DNA of 64,000 nt from Raillietiella orientalis (Eukaryota). Positions 12,469-24,744 of the stretch are shown in pieces. The position numbers were made by a program, and so were the translations under genes. The stretch spans positions 248,001 to 312,000 of the forward strand of contig JAYWIR010000048.1 in the NCBI GenBank assembly GCA_036172245.1, written 5' to 3'. Under the pieces are notes generated by a model. The model searched no databases and was not told where the DNA came from. It saw only the letters and a program-made list of their open reading frames with translations. Numbering within the stretch: the first letter of the stretch is position 1; each line of letters begins with the position of its first letter.

Positions 12469-15400
12469 AAATCATGGAGGAACCACGCTGATGTCTGCTT
12501 CCTTTGATCCATTCGCGGCCAGCAACGACGGTTGGAGTGGTTACTCCACAGGCACCCTGGTTTATTCAGAACTTGGCTAATTGCATCGAAGATGAAAGAG
12601 GGGGGACAAGCAGCTAAAAGGGGAAAGCATCCTCCATCTTCTTGGCCTCTCTATTCTTTTCTTTTCATGCTATGATTTCAAAGGTCCTTTCACTGAGGGT
12701 AACCTATCCTGGAAATTCCTCATAAGGCTAAAAACGAGTACATTACAATGCCCAGCAGAGTTTTACAAATTGCCGGGAGACAACTTCCAAGTCTTTGGAG
12801 TTTCCTCAGGCAGCTGTCTCCGAGTGGAGCGTGATGTTGTACAGCAAGGATGGCAGATAGATCATGGTGACCCATGGGCTTAAAGTAGTATAGATCATGG
12901 TGACCTATCTGATGGTTCCAGTTGGTCACTAGGGAGTTGTAAATGTATCCATTTCCCTCCTCAGGTGACGGACCCACCCCCATGAGGTTTTCAGGACCTT
13001 ACATGAACTTTAGGACGCCTTCACCTCAGACTTCTATTTGCGTGTTTTTCAGTCTGATTCTTTAAATTCTCCACCTGGATATGGATGCGACAGTTGATGT
13101 TTCAAACAAGCTCACTTGAAGATTCCTCGTCGAGTACCAGCATGGGTGCAGAATGCACGCTAGAGCGCGAAACCCTTCAGCGATCCGACATGTAGCAGTT
13201 GGCAGCAGCTGCACATGGACTTGAATCTCTTTTCTGTCTCTGATGAGAAGCTCTTGGTGAGGCATACCAGAAGGTAACGGGTTAAGGGTGAATCAGATGA
13301 CCTAGTTCTCGGTAGATAGCGACATGAAAATAGTGCTTCTCTATGAAATAGTTGATTGTGCAGGGAGAGATCCTTACCTATACGACTTTTGCATCCAACA
13401 TATTTTTTTTTACGTCTCTTGCTTGTTTATTGCTTGCTGATTGTCAGCGAGAGGAGTGTTCCTCACGAGCAGGTCAAACTAGTCATATCAGCAACCTCTT
13501 CTTGATGGATTCAAAATTAGGGGCTCAGCAGCGAGATTCTTTTCCAAAACGCTGCCATCAAGCTGTTGCAATTCCCGCAGTGCTGGGCTGAGGTCCAGGA
13601 ACAAATACGGTTCTATTTACAGAGAGTCAAATGAATTCCACGCTTCTTCCCATTTACCAGCTTCTTTCAAACGCTGATGCTTTCGATACTGAGCTCTCGT
13701 CACCACACTACACCTTGCTTAAATCTCCTTTGCATAACGCAAGCACATGACGTGCATTTTCGTTGCGGAGGAGTACCTTAATAGTGCCAATCTCCTCAGT
13801 CTAATTGCATACCCGGTACCAGGAACTTGTTTTATTTTGTTCAGCAGAACATGAGATTACGAGAAGTTTATCCGTATATCGGAAACCCCATTCGTACCGT
13901 GCCTTTTGAAAAAAAGGCTTCAAAAGAGAAGGAAGAAACAAAGAAGAAGAAGCGAGGATCAGAAATGAGAAATCCACCGTGAATTGCGTTGTAAAGGAAT
14001 GTGTCGTGGAAACATTACTTTACTCTTTTTAGTCTCAATTTCTTTCGTTGGTCTCTTGGTGTAAGAAAATATGAGAATCCCATCCAAACACAATTGAAGA
14101 TTGGCCTGCTGTTTTTCCCAGTTGTTTTTTGAACCCCGCTGATCGAAGCGTCATGAAGATGCAGCATTGCATACAGTTTACACATTTCGTAAGAATCATG
14201 GATTTTTGACCGGAAGTGACTTGCAAATGAGAAACTTATGAGGAAATAAATCTCTGGGGATGCGATCAAGCGTTGTTTCCGATTTTCGCAGATTAGATGC
14301 GTGGAAGGACTGCAAAGAAGGAAAAAAAAAAAAAAAAAAAAAAAGCGTTTCCGAGATGCACTGCTGCTTGAGTTTATAGCGGATCGACCTATTGTCAAAT
14401 GGTACACATTTTGCGATTCGAATATCGTAAAAAAGATACTGCTGTGGAAAATGTGCATTCCCCACAGGATCGCTTTCCGTGGACTTCCGTTGGAAGTGGG
14501 GATCGAGTTTCATGCTGCCTGCCTACAGCGCATTGCAGCGTGCGCGGAATTGGAGGCCCTGCGTCTGCGGGATGTTGCTTGGCGTTCTTTTATGTGATCT
14601 TGCAAAAAATATTTTCCCGATTGTGCACACATCATGTTTTTTGTGAAGCATCTTCTTCGTTCCGTAGGCCTCCGAAATGGACTTAAAGTAGTATGAATGC
14701 TCGAAACGTCTTCCGTTTGTCAAGCTCAACGAGAAAACAGGAAATGGCGCGGATGCTTTCAGCGTTTCGTGTTTTACCCCGCAGTCTGGCTACGGTGCGG
14801 CATTTTGAATTTCATCGCAGGCAGTTTCCTGGAATCCTTCAAGGGCTGCGTCGTATGTGGGAGATGCCGGCCGCAGTTTTCGTCGAAAACGGCAACCGAT
14901 TTGGTAAGGGAATGGCGTACACAGTAGAGTGACCTTCACAATGGGAGCATCTCACTACGCAGACGTATATGGGTGAAACAGCAACCGTGCGTAGTATTAG
15001 TATGTGATGGCAGTCTTCAGATTAATCAAAAATCAGTTTCCATAGCACAGAGCCCTTCAATGTCTATGAAGCAAAATCGCCAGGGTAAAAATGATCAGAA
15101 CGTTTGGTGATGAACTCAAGCTTGTAAGAAGAAAAAGTGGTTGTCTTGCAGTAATGAACTTCCAGAGTCGGAATCCCTAAATCTTGTTATGCAAGCAGCC
15201 CTATGAATCACTCACCGAGGTATACAAATGGAATAACCTGATCCTGGTATGAGGGGCTGCTTGAAATAGGTGCATGAGGTGATTGGAATTTCAGAAGTAA
15301 GCAAAGGGAAACTGGCATGAAGTGCAGGGAATCCCTCAGCAGTACCCAGCTCATTAAGGAATACATGAAAAATAGGAAAAAAGGAACTTTGTTGCCTCGG

Positions 15401-16199
15401 TCAATTTCCTGGGATCAGTGACATGGGTTTAGTGACACAGGCAATGTTCTAGTATTGAAAAGATTCAGATGGTACATGAGGATCCAAGATGAAATGTACT
15501 CTGCTACATGAAGGGATAAAGCTGTGGTGCATGCAGCAGGAAGAAAATCGCAATCTGTGTGATACTTTCTATCACAAATCCACTTTACGAGATGAGGCAA
15601 GAGTAATTGTTTCTAACGAATCTGAATTGAGCTAAGGTTTATTCTCCACAAGAGGCCAAATTTCTTCAGAGGATGCACTAATGAGAAGATAATGTGAGGC
15701 ATTTTAGAGATAGGGATGTTGACAGATGCTCATCCTGCAAATGAATTCCAATAGAAAGCAATTTCTTGAGAATGATTGCACATAAGCTTAAGTGCTTGTA
15801 GAGAAAGATGAGATTCAGTGGAAAATAATAGCAATAATAATAATAACAATAAGCATACAGTGAAGGCCTCTCTTAAGTGGAGCGTTTGAGACTGCCTCTA
15901 GGTGAACGTTGTGTAGGGTTTGCACCCACCCTTGATGCCTACCCACATAGTTCTTTTGTATGTGCGTTCACTGCCCATTTTAATTGGAGCATGAACAAGG
16001 ATGCGCGAGATGTGCACTCACACTTGTGGTGTGTTGCGATGCAAACCTTTCCACGGATGCCCATGCTTTATCCCCTCACCCAAAGTAACATCGGTCGACG
16101 CCAGGTTGCCAGTATTAAATCCCAAGGGCGATTCACAAAAGTTTCGCAATTCGTGTGAGAAGCTGAAGAAGAAGGAAAAAAAAAAATGAGCGCAATGGA

Positions 16200-17120
16200 A
16201 TTTGATCGCTTGCAAGTCTTGATCTGACTTCTCGTATTTTTGCGATCCTATAAGAACCTACGAATGAGGTAGCAGTATCCAGAGAAGGAAATCTCCTGGC
16301 CGAAGCGTACAACCGATGCAGTTTGCAACAACCAGGGATGCATCCACAGTAGCGCCGATTTTTTTTTTTTTTTTATTCTTTTTTGGCACCAGATGCTGAC
16401 ATCTCGTTAAAGTGACGCTTGCACCTTTCGCAGGAATACCGACGGACCACTTTGTCCCTTGGGTGGACAACTTTGTCCTACGTCACATCACACGATATGC
16501 GCGAACGATTTTTTCTGCAAAAGCAGTTTTGATGCGATTCATACAGGGCTTCAACGCACTTACACTACAGGGCTTCGACCACGAATCATTGAAAAGTAGA
16601 CAAGAAAGCTCTTTGGAAGGCCTGTACTGGATAAAGTCCCTAACGCTCGCCGAGCTCACTCATCAGAACTCATCAGGAAAGATGCAGCGCTCGCGGCTCG
16701 TGTTCTCGAAAGACGCTGTGAGCCGACTCCGAGTACCCAAACCTTCGACCGGCCATCCCAGTAGGACCTCCAGCTCCTGAAATGCATGTCCGCAAACCTT
16801 TCCCGAAGAAACAGCGGGAGTGTGCAAGTCGTAGGGGCGGATGAGAGCTCGAATTTTCCTCATCCGTCCAGCTGCGGAGACGGAGCAACACAAAGTGCAT
16901 TGATCCAACAAACGGCAAAAGGTTAGGAGACTGATCGAACAAGCGGAATGTTCGTGTTGGTCAGTGTCGTCGCAAAGCACACTGCAAGGCAGGAACCGTG
17001 AGTGCCACCGGGTCAGAAGGTCGGCTGAACGCAATGCGACCGCAGATCGCCGACCATCTCCGGAAGAAGAAAAAGCCCTTGAAACTGCTTCCTTCTTCTT
17101 CACCTCGATGCGTCCGCAGG
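16200..17120 (-). pseudogene. Possible degenerate gene head-to-head with KATNAL2, tentatively CFAP300 (C11orf70)-like
   Basis: Fragments in order on minus strand: KGFFFFR~GGYYFR, LLTRW/MRKIRA~LRQWSMLGRIKA, IRPY../CFFGK~FQSY..AFFKD, SKELSCLLFNDS~SDELRRVLLVEDS (following tandem TGA TGA at 16660-16665), DFLLWIL..KYE~EFLFCLF..QYE. Needs several frameshifts; weak by-eye match, boundaries approximate. Confidence 0.25.
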
Positions 17121-17219
17121 TAACTGTGCCCGAAGTATAGCACTTTGGAAGAAGTCCGTACCATCCGTTTGCAAATTTGGGTGGTAATTGGATTTGGGGA
17201 TTCGAAATATCTCCGTCGG

Positions 17220-17263
17220 ATCACCATGGAAAGCAGTAAATATGCTGGAATGGCTATGGAAAC
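17220..17263. promoter_or_regulatory. Two imperfect RFX X-box-like motifs at the KATNAL2 start
   Basis: ATCACCATGGAAAG (17220-17233) and ATGGCTATGGAAAC (17250-17263), each one mismatch from RYYNYY-AT-RRNRAC. X-boxes are the established promoter element of ciliary genes. Confidence 0.3.
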
Positions 17264-18904
17264 AGTAAGTTCTCGACCAAGGTGTAACTTTTTTTTTTCT
17301 TCCTTTTTTTTTTTTTTTTCTTTTTTTTTTTTTACAGTTTTTGAACTTTATGATTATTTCAGAGGACTCGACATGTCCGGGAACAACGTAAAGATCTGTT
17401 AGTGCTAATATACTGTTTCTTTCAAACCGAAGGGTAGGACTTGGTATGAAATTTCGAGTTTTGCTATGGGGAGTGTTTTAGATTTTTGGAATGCGCGCAG
17501 CAGTTGATCGTTGATAGCAAAATCCCCCTCAATCTGTACGAAGCATGCGACAACATTGATCTGCCCACTATCTTTCTCGAGTACGATCGCTATCACACCG
17601 CATTCTTTCAACGGCACCTCCGTTACTCGCGTTTGTCGAAAACGTGCCTTTGCACCAGCGAGCCCAAATCCACGAGACCGTCGAAAAAGCTCCTGGTTCC
17701 CAAATCCACGAACCCAAGCACTCCGCCCTCCACCTTGAGCATGAAGATAGAAGGCCAGTCGTGTGCTGCGGAAAAGCAAAATGGAACTTGCGATGCCGAC
17801 CACCGCTCCAGTGCAACAGCCACTTCGGAGGATGAGTGGAAAGCGCCAAGCAACGTACTGAGTAGGTGGAGAGATCTCGCTTTAACGCTGCTACAGGTGA
17901 ATCCACGATTCTGCCACCGCTTGTTAGCATCTTCTTGACTTTTAGGAGACCGTAACCCTACACGATCGAGTCGACTGGGAAGATCTGATAGGCCTCGATG
18001 AGCCCAAGACCGTCCTCCTAGAATCATTAGTATATCCCCAAAAATATCCCGAACTTTTCAAAGGAATTTTCAAACCAAGCAGAAATGTGCTCCTCTTTGG
18101 TCCACCTGGCACAGGGAAAACTCTGTTGGCTAGAGCAGTTGCTTCTCAGTGCTCGACGACCTTTTTCAACATTTCCGCCAGTTCCTTGGTTAGCAAGTGG
18201 AAAGGGGAATCGGAGAAATCGGTTCGACTCCTATTTGAGTTGGCACGTTCACGCGCTCCATCCGTAATTTTTATCGATGAAATTGACAGCCTAATAAACC
18301 ACAGAGATAGCAGCGTTGAGCAGGAAGGAACGAGGCGCCTAAAAACGGAAATGTTGATCCAGTTAGATGGATTGGTTCAAAATTCCTCCCAAGTGTTGTT
18401 ACTTTGTACCACAAACATGCCATGGTATGTGTCATTCGGAATCGCTCATTTCTGTGCTCGTAGGGAATTAGACATTTCGTTCACTCGAAGGATGGAAGAA
18501 CGCATTTACGTCGGTTTGCCGGATGCCAAGTCCAGATCTTTGTTATTCCAGAAATTTCTCCCTAGAAACTTGGGCTCCGATGAAGCAAAGTTCGAAGTTT
18601 GTGTTGATTACGAAGAGTGTGCGCTGCACAGCGAAGGATTCTCCGGCAGCGATATACAAACGATTTGCAGGAAAGTTGCAAAGATGCACCTCCGAAACGT
18701 GTTGAGGCGTTACGAAGGTATTTATGACCTCAGACAGTCATCCCGTCACGTCACACAGGTGCTCCTGGAGGGAAAAGAGACAGTTTGTTTCACGAGACCA
18801 TCCTCACCTCTGACTTGCTAGATCTGTTGTCCAAGTTAGAGCCGCTGTCGGAACCTTTGAGATCGAAGTATTCGCTATGGAAACAGCGAATTCATCTGGG
18901 CTGA
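17226..18904 (+). CDS. KATNAL2: Katanin p60 subunit A-like 2, LisH + AAA microtubule-severing ATPase, 6 exons, 467 aa
   Basis: Exons 17226-17264, 17363-17433, 17482-17896, 17946-18424, 18464-18717, 18759-18904; all GT-AG, phases compatible, 1404 nt. KATNAL2-type N-terminus RKDLLVLIYCFFQTEG..YEACDNIDLPTIFLEY; Walker A GPPGTGKT, pore loop SKWKGESEK, Walker B IFIDEID, second region of homology TNMPWELD..RR. Confidence 0.92.
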
Positions 18905-18957
18905 ACGGCTCACGTTGCCGCCCCTCTTCCTACGGTAGGTATCGAATTGTGCTCCCC

Positions 18958-21900
18958 TCAGCTGGAGGGGTAAAGGACGAAGATGCTCAGGGAAGTTTCA
19001 TTGCGTGTGCAAAGCGAAAGAGATTCCTTCACACTCACATCTGACGAAGAGTCGAAATTCCAGTGGTGACGCTTCTCGTGGTGTCCTGCAATGATGCTCG
19101 CACAAACGAGGAATTGCGATTCGATGTTTGCGATATTCGGCAGGAATTTGCAAAAATAAAACGAGAGATTCGTTAGTCCTGCTAATGGAAAAAAAAGTCT
19201 TTCCAAACAAATCCGTTCTCGAATCGAATTCTCTCCGGATCTCAAGGAACGAAACGACATCCTCCCTTGGCTATTGGTTTCCTCGCAGGCTTTTCAGTTT
19301 CTCGGTCCATACGCCTACTCTGCAGTTGGCAAGCGCGTTCCATCGATTTCTGGAGCAGACTTTCCTAAAGAGGTCTTGTTAGACCGACCGGGTCGCGATC
19401 CGAGTTGTCCATGGATACGTGGAACCGTTTCGCAGGCAGACTTTGCTGATTTTCACTTTGATTTCTCCCGTGGGACTTTGGGAGCGAAAATCCATCTTTT
19501 CCTCCCTCCGAATTCGAGATGCGAGCTTCCTTTCTTGTGCGCATCTCCCGATGGTGCAAAATCCGTGGTACAGCAATGAGATGCACCAAGTGCCTGAATC
19601 GCTCGTTGCTATGCTGCGTTCAGGGACCACGCAGCGCGAAGACACGCACCAAGAGATTCTATTCATCTGTGAATGCTGATCACGGAGTGCCGATCTATCT
19701 TTCCTCACCCTGATTCTTCTCCTCAGTTTTCCGTTGCTACCTGGTCCTAACCGTCCGAGTCCTTTTTTCAAACATGGACTCCGTTGGGGACGAAAATCCG
19801 AATTCCGTCCAAGCGAATGCTCCCTTTCTTCATTTCCTTCTTCCTCCAATCACGTGAACCTGACTGAGAACCTGATTGCCTTCCATCGACCTGTGCCCTG
19901 ATGTGGATCCATTGATTCTCCAACATTCTTCAGACCACCATCTTTCCCCGTGCAGTTCATTTTCTGCTTCCTTTCACCGCGTGCGGATTCCATCTCTCGT
20001 TGTTCATACTGTACGGCACTCGTCCTGTACGCTTTCCTCAAATAGACAGTCGACGGTCTTTCTTGGTAACGACATCCACTTGTTTCCTTTTGCATGTCTC
20101 CAGCTTTTCGCTGCACCACCATGCAGCAGAATCTTAGTTAACGAACAAGCAGTGCAGTCACAACAGCAAAAATAACCGCAAAAACAACACTTACGCTTCG
20201 TCTTCCCAATAATCTGCAGCTTGCCCGTCTGATTAAATTTATTCCTGTCAACAAGCTGGAAGTGCATAGATGTGCAGCAAGCCGTGTTTTTTATTTCTTC
20301 TCTCTCGCGTCACGTGGTTCTCACAGGACACAGTCTCCCCAGCATGCTCGCGTCTCCCATTCGGCTCTTACACTCACGTGCATTTCTCCCAGCGGAGCTT
20401 CCGAAAGAGAACATCTCTTCAAGATGAGGAATTCAGTCCTCGACGAATCTCTGGTCTCTGAATTCATTGTCCGGTCGCTCTTGAGGAAACATCCGTTGTC
20501 GGTACTCTTTCGTAATCTCAACAACCCTCAAGTGGATCTCGTAATCTCTGGACGGATCCCGACTTCTAGTCGCAAGGCGTTTCTCCCAACTGTGAGCTCT
20601 GAAGGAAACGAATGCTTCCCGGTCCGTCCCCTCCATCGCAGGAAGGCTTCCTAGAGAGCGTCTCCGCACCTCACCTCCGTATCTCCCGGGGAAGGGTGCG
20701 CAGCGTTCAGGCATCTCCAAGAGACAGCATTAGTTTGAATACGAATGAAACCAACACAGGACCACCGAACTGGCCCAGGTCTTGTTGTCTCGGACACAGT
20801 CAGTGTCGCTCTGAAACTTCACGTCCGCTGCTCCAATTTCAAACGTGCGCTCAGTCCATTGCCAGTCGTGGGAATTCGAGCTCAAGGTGTTTCGGAAAAA
20901 AGCAAATGAGACGCACGAAGAGCGGAGCATTGCCTTCCAGTTTTGGAAGGTGTTGCCTCCGCACTGGCCCACAGCCAGCCAGGGTCCAAGTTTTCAGCGA
21001 AGGTGCGAAGGCCAACACAGCAACGGTGTTGCTCCTGCTCGGAATCCTTGTGTTGCGACAGGCAAACAGGAATCGGCGAAGTCCCCATGAAGGGCAACTC
21101 TCTTCTCCAGAATTGGAGAATCGTGTCGAGTGGAATGTGGAAAGAGACTGCTGCAATCCAGCATCCGGCACCCATGTCGGACAGCATGTCGCCCAACTGG
21201 CCATGGACGCCAGATAAACACACAGTTCCCTTCGCAGCGGTAAGTTTTTTGCCGTGTGCGTTGACGGATAGGAGGCATACCCCGCAGATCCATCGACGCT
21301 TCAGCAGCTCAGGGCTGCGTTTGGTTACAAATAGGGAAATTTCCCATTCGTTGCTGAATGTCTCGATGACAGAAAATGAAGCCTTGAAAATGTGCTTTTG
21401 GAAGCAGAGCAATGGAGCGAACAGTTGGGGGATTTTACTTGGCCAAGTATGTGGCAGCGACTGTTCATTCTGTTTTCTTATGAGGAATTTGTTGTGTGAT
21501 TGAGTTCTCCGTAAACCGAAATTATCTCACGAAGGATGCGGAAACACATTCATCGAAGAGTGCTTCCCTGAAAAGAATTCCTTGCACTGCATCTTCGAAG
21601 CACCTGTGCCATGCTATCCTTTGGGATCTCGACGGCACCAAAGTGCACTCTCGGTCTCGTTTCACGAAATCACAAGCAGCTGTTTCTTTCTACTGATGAT
21701 TTTTGAAATGCGCTGCTGCTTCTATTTCTACCGTTCTCTCAGGCGTCCTCGTAGGGGGTGGCAGAGGTTTTAGAAAATACGAAAGAGTGGAAAATACCAA
21801 CTCTGTCTTCTTTGATGTTCAACATCGAAAGAGAAAAGAGGTTTTCTAATTTTTGCCAAGCAATTTCGCTCTCGTTACTTCTTGGAAAACCTCTGATTGC

Positions 21901-24744
21901 CTCCGTAAATTCAGCAAGCGCTTTTTCTTGGCTTTTTTGTTCATTCGGCATATTTATTTACTGTTGTCTTTCCGGTTCCACAATTCTTTTCAGCACCCTT
22001 TCTTTCTGTTTTCCGTTAGCTTTTTCATTCTTCGCCACGACGTCAAACACTGAATCTGAAAACCTTCTATTTTCGAATTCAGTGTCTCCCCTCCGCTTCC
22101 TGTTCTTCAGGACTGCACCAATTTGAGCAGTTCGTCAGTGGAGTCCATCCCAGAGATGGTGTTTGCCTTGCCCCCTCTTTAAAAGCGGAGGATCTTCATT
22201 CCTCCCTTTGCGAAAGCGCTGGAAACCATAGAAGGGTTATGGCCGATGGTGTGTCTTTCGATGATCATGAAAAGTTATTGAGATACAGAAAACCGCACGG
22301 TTCGGGAGACGCGCTTGCAATTTCGCGTCATCTTCCGGTAGATCATTTGGCATGGTGCATTTTTCTACTTCCCTCTTCCGCATGTTCTCTTTTTCCCTTT
22401 GGATAGGCTTTGATTGCAGCAGCCTCTGATGCGGTTCCATTTGTATGTCCATCGCTCACTTTGCCGTGTATTCTGCACATGTACATTCCTTTACCGTGTC
22501 AGTAGCACCCTTGCCAACAGGAGGAACCTTCCAGATCTCGGTTCGTGTTTGCCTCTTTTTTTCCAAAGGAAAGAAATTGGCAAAGTGCTGCAAATCCCTC
22601 TGTGCAATGCTTACTTCGTTCCTCACCAGGGACAGCAGCTTTGTAAACGAAGAAAACAACAAATTAGGAACGGAGGAAACTCGTCGAGAAGATTTGTCAG
22701 TCGTGTCCGTGCATCTTCTCCAATGGATTCTTTTCCTTCTTACTTCCTATAAGACTTCCTGCTGTTTCAGGAGGGATGTATGAAATTATACTTCTGCGTC
22801 GGATGCGCACAAGAGGGGAAAACGGACAGCTTTCGATGCCCTCAGCCAAGTGGCAAGTTCCCCGCCACAGCGAGAAGGATGGTGATTTCCGGATGCAACT
22901 CCACAGTTCGTCCCGTGATCAAAGTTTCTTCTGTACGCCCCAAGCAGCGACGCAGCCCACGCCCATTTCCCCTCTGTGGAGCTCCTAGAAGAGTTTTCCT
23001 TTGTCTTTTTCAATCCCGAAGATGCAGGCCAGGCGCCATTACTGAAGACTGTATTTTTGAATGGATTCGGAATTCCCTTTTCTGACGTAGAAATTGCCGA
23101 AAAGAGTCGTTTCCTTCTCTGATTTATATGAACTTCCGGGCAGCATGGAAAAATCGCTGCTTTGATGTATTCGGAATTTTCAGGTCTAAATCTTCCCTTT
23201 TAATGCTCAGGGCAGGGACAGGGACGAATATTCCCAGTGACAACAAGCATAAAAGCTGCTGGCAAGCCCATTTCTGTCTGCTTTGCCTTCACATGAAACT
23301 TCGGTGCTGTACCAACGAGCACCGCAGTATGGCTGTGTCCCTGCTTAACCATTTTCAACGGACGTGCGTGTGCTGCTGACATCCGTGCCTTCGACGCATT
23401 TCGTGCCACCTACGTCTCGAGATTTGTGTCCGGGTGGGGGCTGAAAATAGTTGAGAACCCTGATCGCTTCTAACGGGTTCAGTTTGTGTTCTTGCGCCGT
23501 GTTTTCCTAGAGGATGTGAAAGTTTCTGCGTTTTCCCGGAGTTGCCAGTTTGAAGCACCAATTGCTCTCATCTTCGAATTCCCGGAGATGGCTGCTTCGA
23601 ACATCCGTGTTCGTAGTGTGCTGTGGTGCATGAAGTTGATCGTGGCGCACCCTTCAAGCTCGATGGAACGAAGAGTAGTCGCAAGTCCTTCATCTTTGTT
23701 TCCTCCATTTTTTATTTTGTTTCGTTTTTGTGTTCTTTGAAAATTCTTCCGAGACCGAAATCACTTGGGTGGCGTCGTGTGTCAATGCATGTCAGACAAC
23801 CAGTCGACGTGGTTTCGCCACCTGCCTGGTTGTACCTTGCCCTTCTGGCGCGGCTCCGTCAACCCTCCAATGTTCCATTTCCCCTCGATTCTGTGGAGGG
23901 TGCATCCCCTACGGCCGTCAACGCCGGTCAAAGCAACCAACAAGGACGCGAATTCCCTACGAATGGCCCAATTTTCGCCCTTTGAGTAGAATGTCTCGTG
24001 CCTCTCCTTGCGATGTTTGTGTGCGTGGGTCCCTTCTGATTTTCCCGATCAGAATTCGGGCGGATGACAGTTCCAACTGTCCGTCGGGCAGAGTTTCTGC
24101 ATCCACGAATTCATCGCAGATTTCGGCGGAGACGATAAGAGTTCCGATTTTAGGAAACTCACAGACGTAGCTCAAACTCTGCTTGATAGTATAGTATTTT
24201 TCTCCTGCATTTGGAAATGATTATTCATTAGTTTTCTCATTTTTAGGTGATATCGTGTTTTTTCTTTTTAGGATCCTCTACGGGTAGTTCTGATAGTGGA
24301 AACAAAATGATACACTTTCAGACAATTTCTTATGTTTTGATCGTGTTTGTCTCTATCATTTCGGAATTTTCATGCTATAATAAATGTAATCAGCGACTTT
24401 TGATTGGTGATTTAAGGAGAGCTCCAGGGGACAACGGATTCTCTATCGAAATCAAAGGATATCCGGCCAAATACAATCCTAAAGAAACATATTCAAGTGA
24501 GTACCAAGTACCATTTATTTTTTCAGTCTGCTAAGATGAGATAAACTTGCGAATTAACAACCACTATGCCATGCAAGCGAGACCCCGATAAAGTTGTGTA
24601 ACCTTCAGGTGTAACTTTCTGGAGATACTATCAGGATGCAGAGACCTCTGCATCCTGATAGTATCTCCTCCCTTCTTTAGACGCTCTGTCAGAATAGTTT
24701 CTATCTACCTCACGTTTGAGAAGAGCTGATGCCGCTGTGCCCAT
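18958..24744 (-). pseudogene. Large degenerate multi-exon gene, tentatively C2CD3 (centriolar C2-domain protein)-like
   Basis: Long exon-like frames with splice signals, broken by single stops at 22456-22458, 21958-21960, 21522-21524 and 20433-20435. Exon 24204-23961 YTIKQ..ETLPDGQLEL..KGRKLGH resembles the C2CD3 N-terminal C2 (YAIRC..DGLPIGRVQI..SKKLGE). About 21700-21000 gives RVHFGAVEIPKDS..NSFQG, SFVR*FRF, FQKHIFKASFSVIE..VTKRSP and VSFHIPLDTILQ..ELPF..PV, colinear with the next C2CD3 C2 domain as remembered. A decayed gene is more certain than its identity; both ends approximate. Confidence 0.45.

Noticed and set aside
18087..18821. ORF-track 244-aa AAA protein as a standalone gene
   Set aside because: It is an internal part of KATNAL2 that reads through a 39-nt intron and off-frame past a 41-nt intron.
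19041..19070. Hammerhead-ribozyme-like core CTGACGA..GAAA (similar at ~35334)
   Set aside because: I could not form stems I and III or place a cleavage triplet.
251..22458. Stop-codon reassignment or read-through as the explanation for in-frame stops
   Set aside because: All three stop codons occur together with frameshifts, deletions and dead splice sites, and the four intact genes contain no internal stops.
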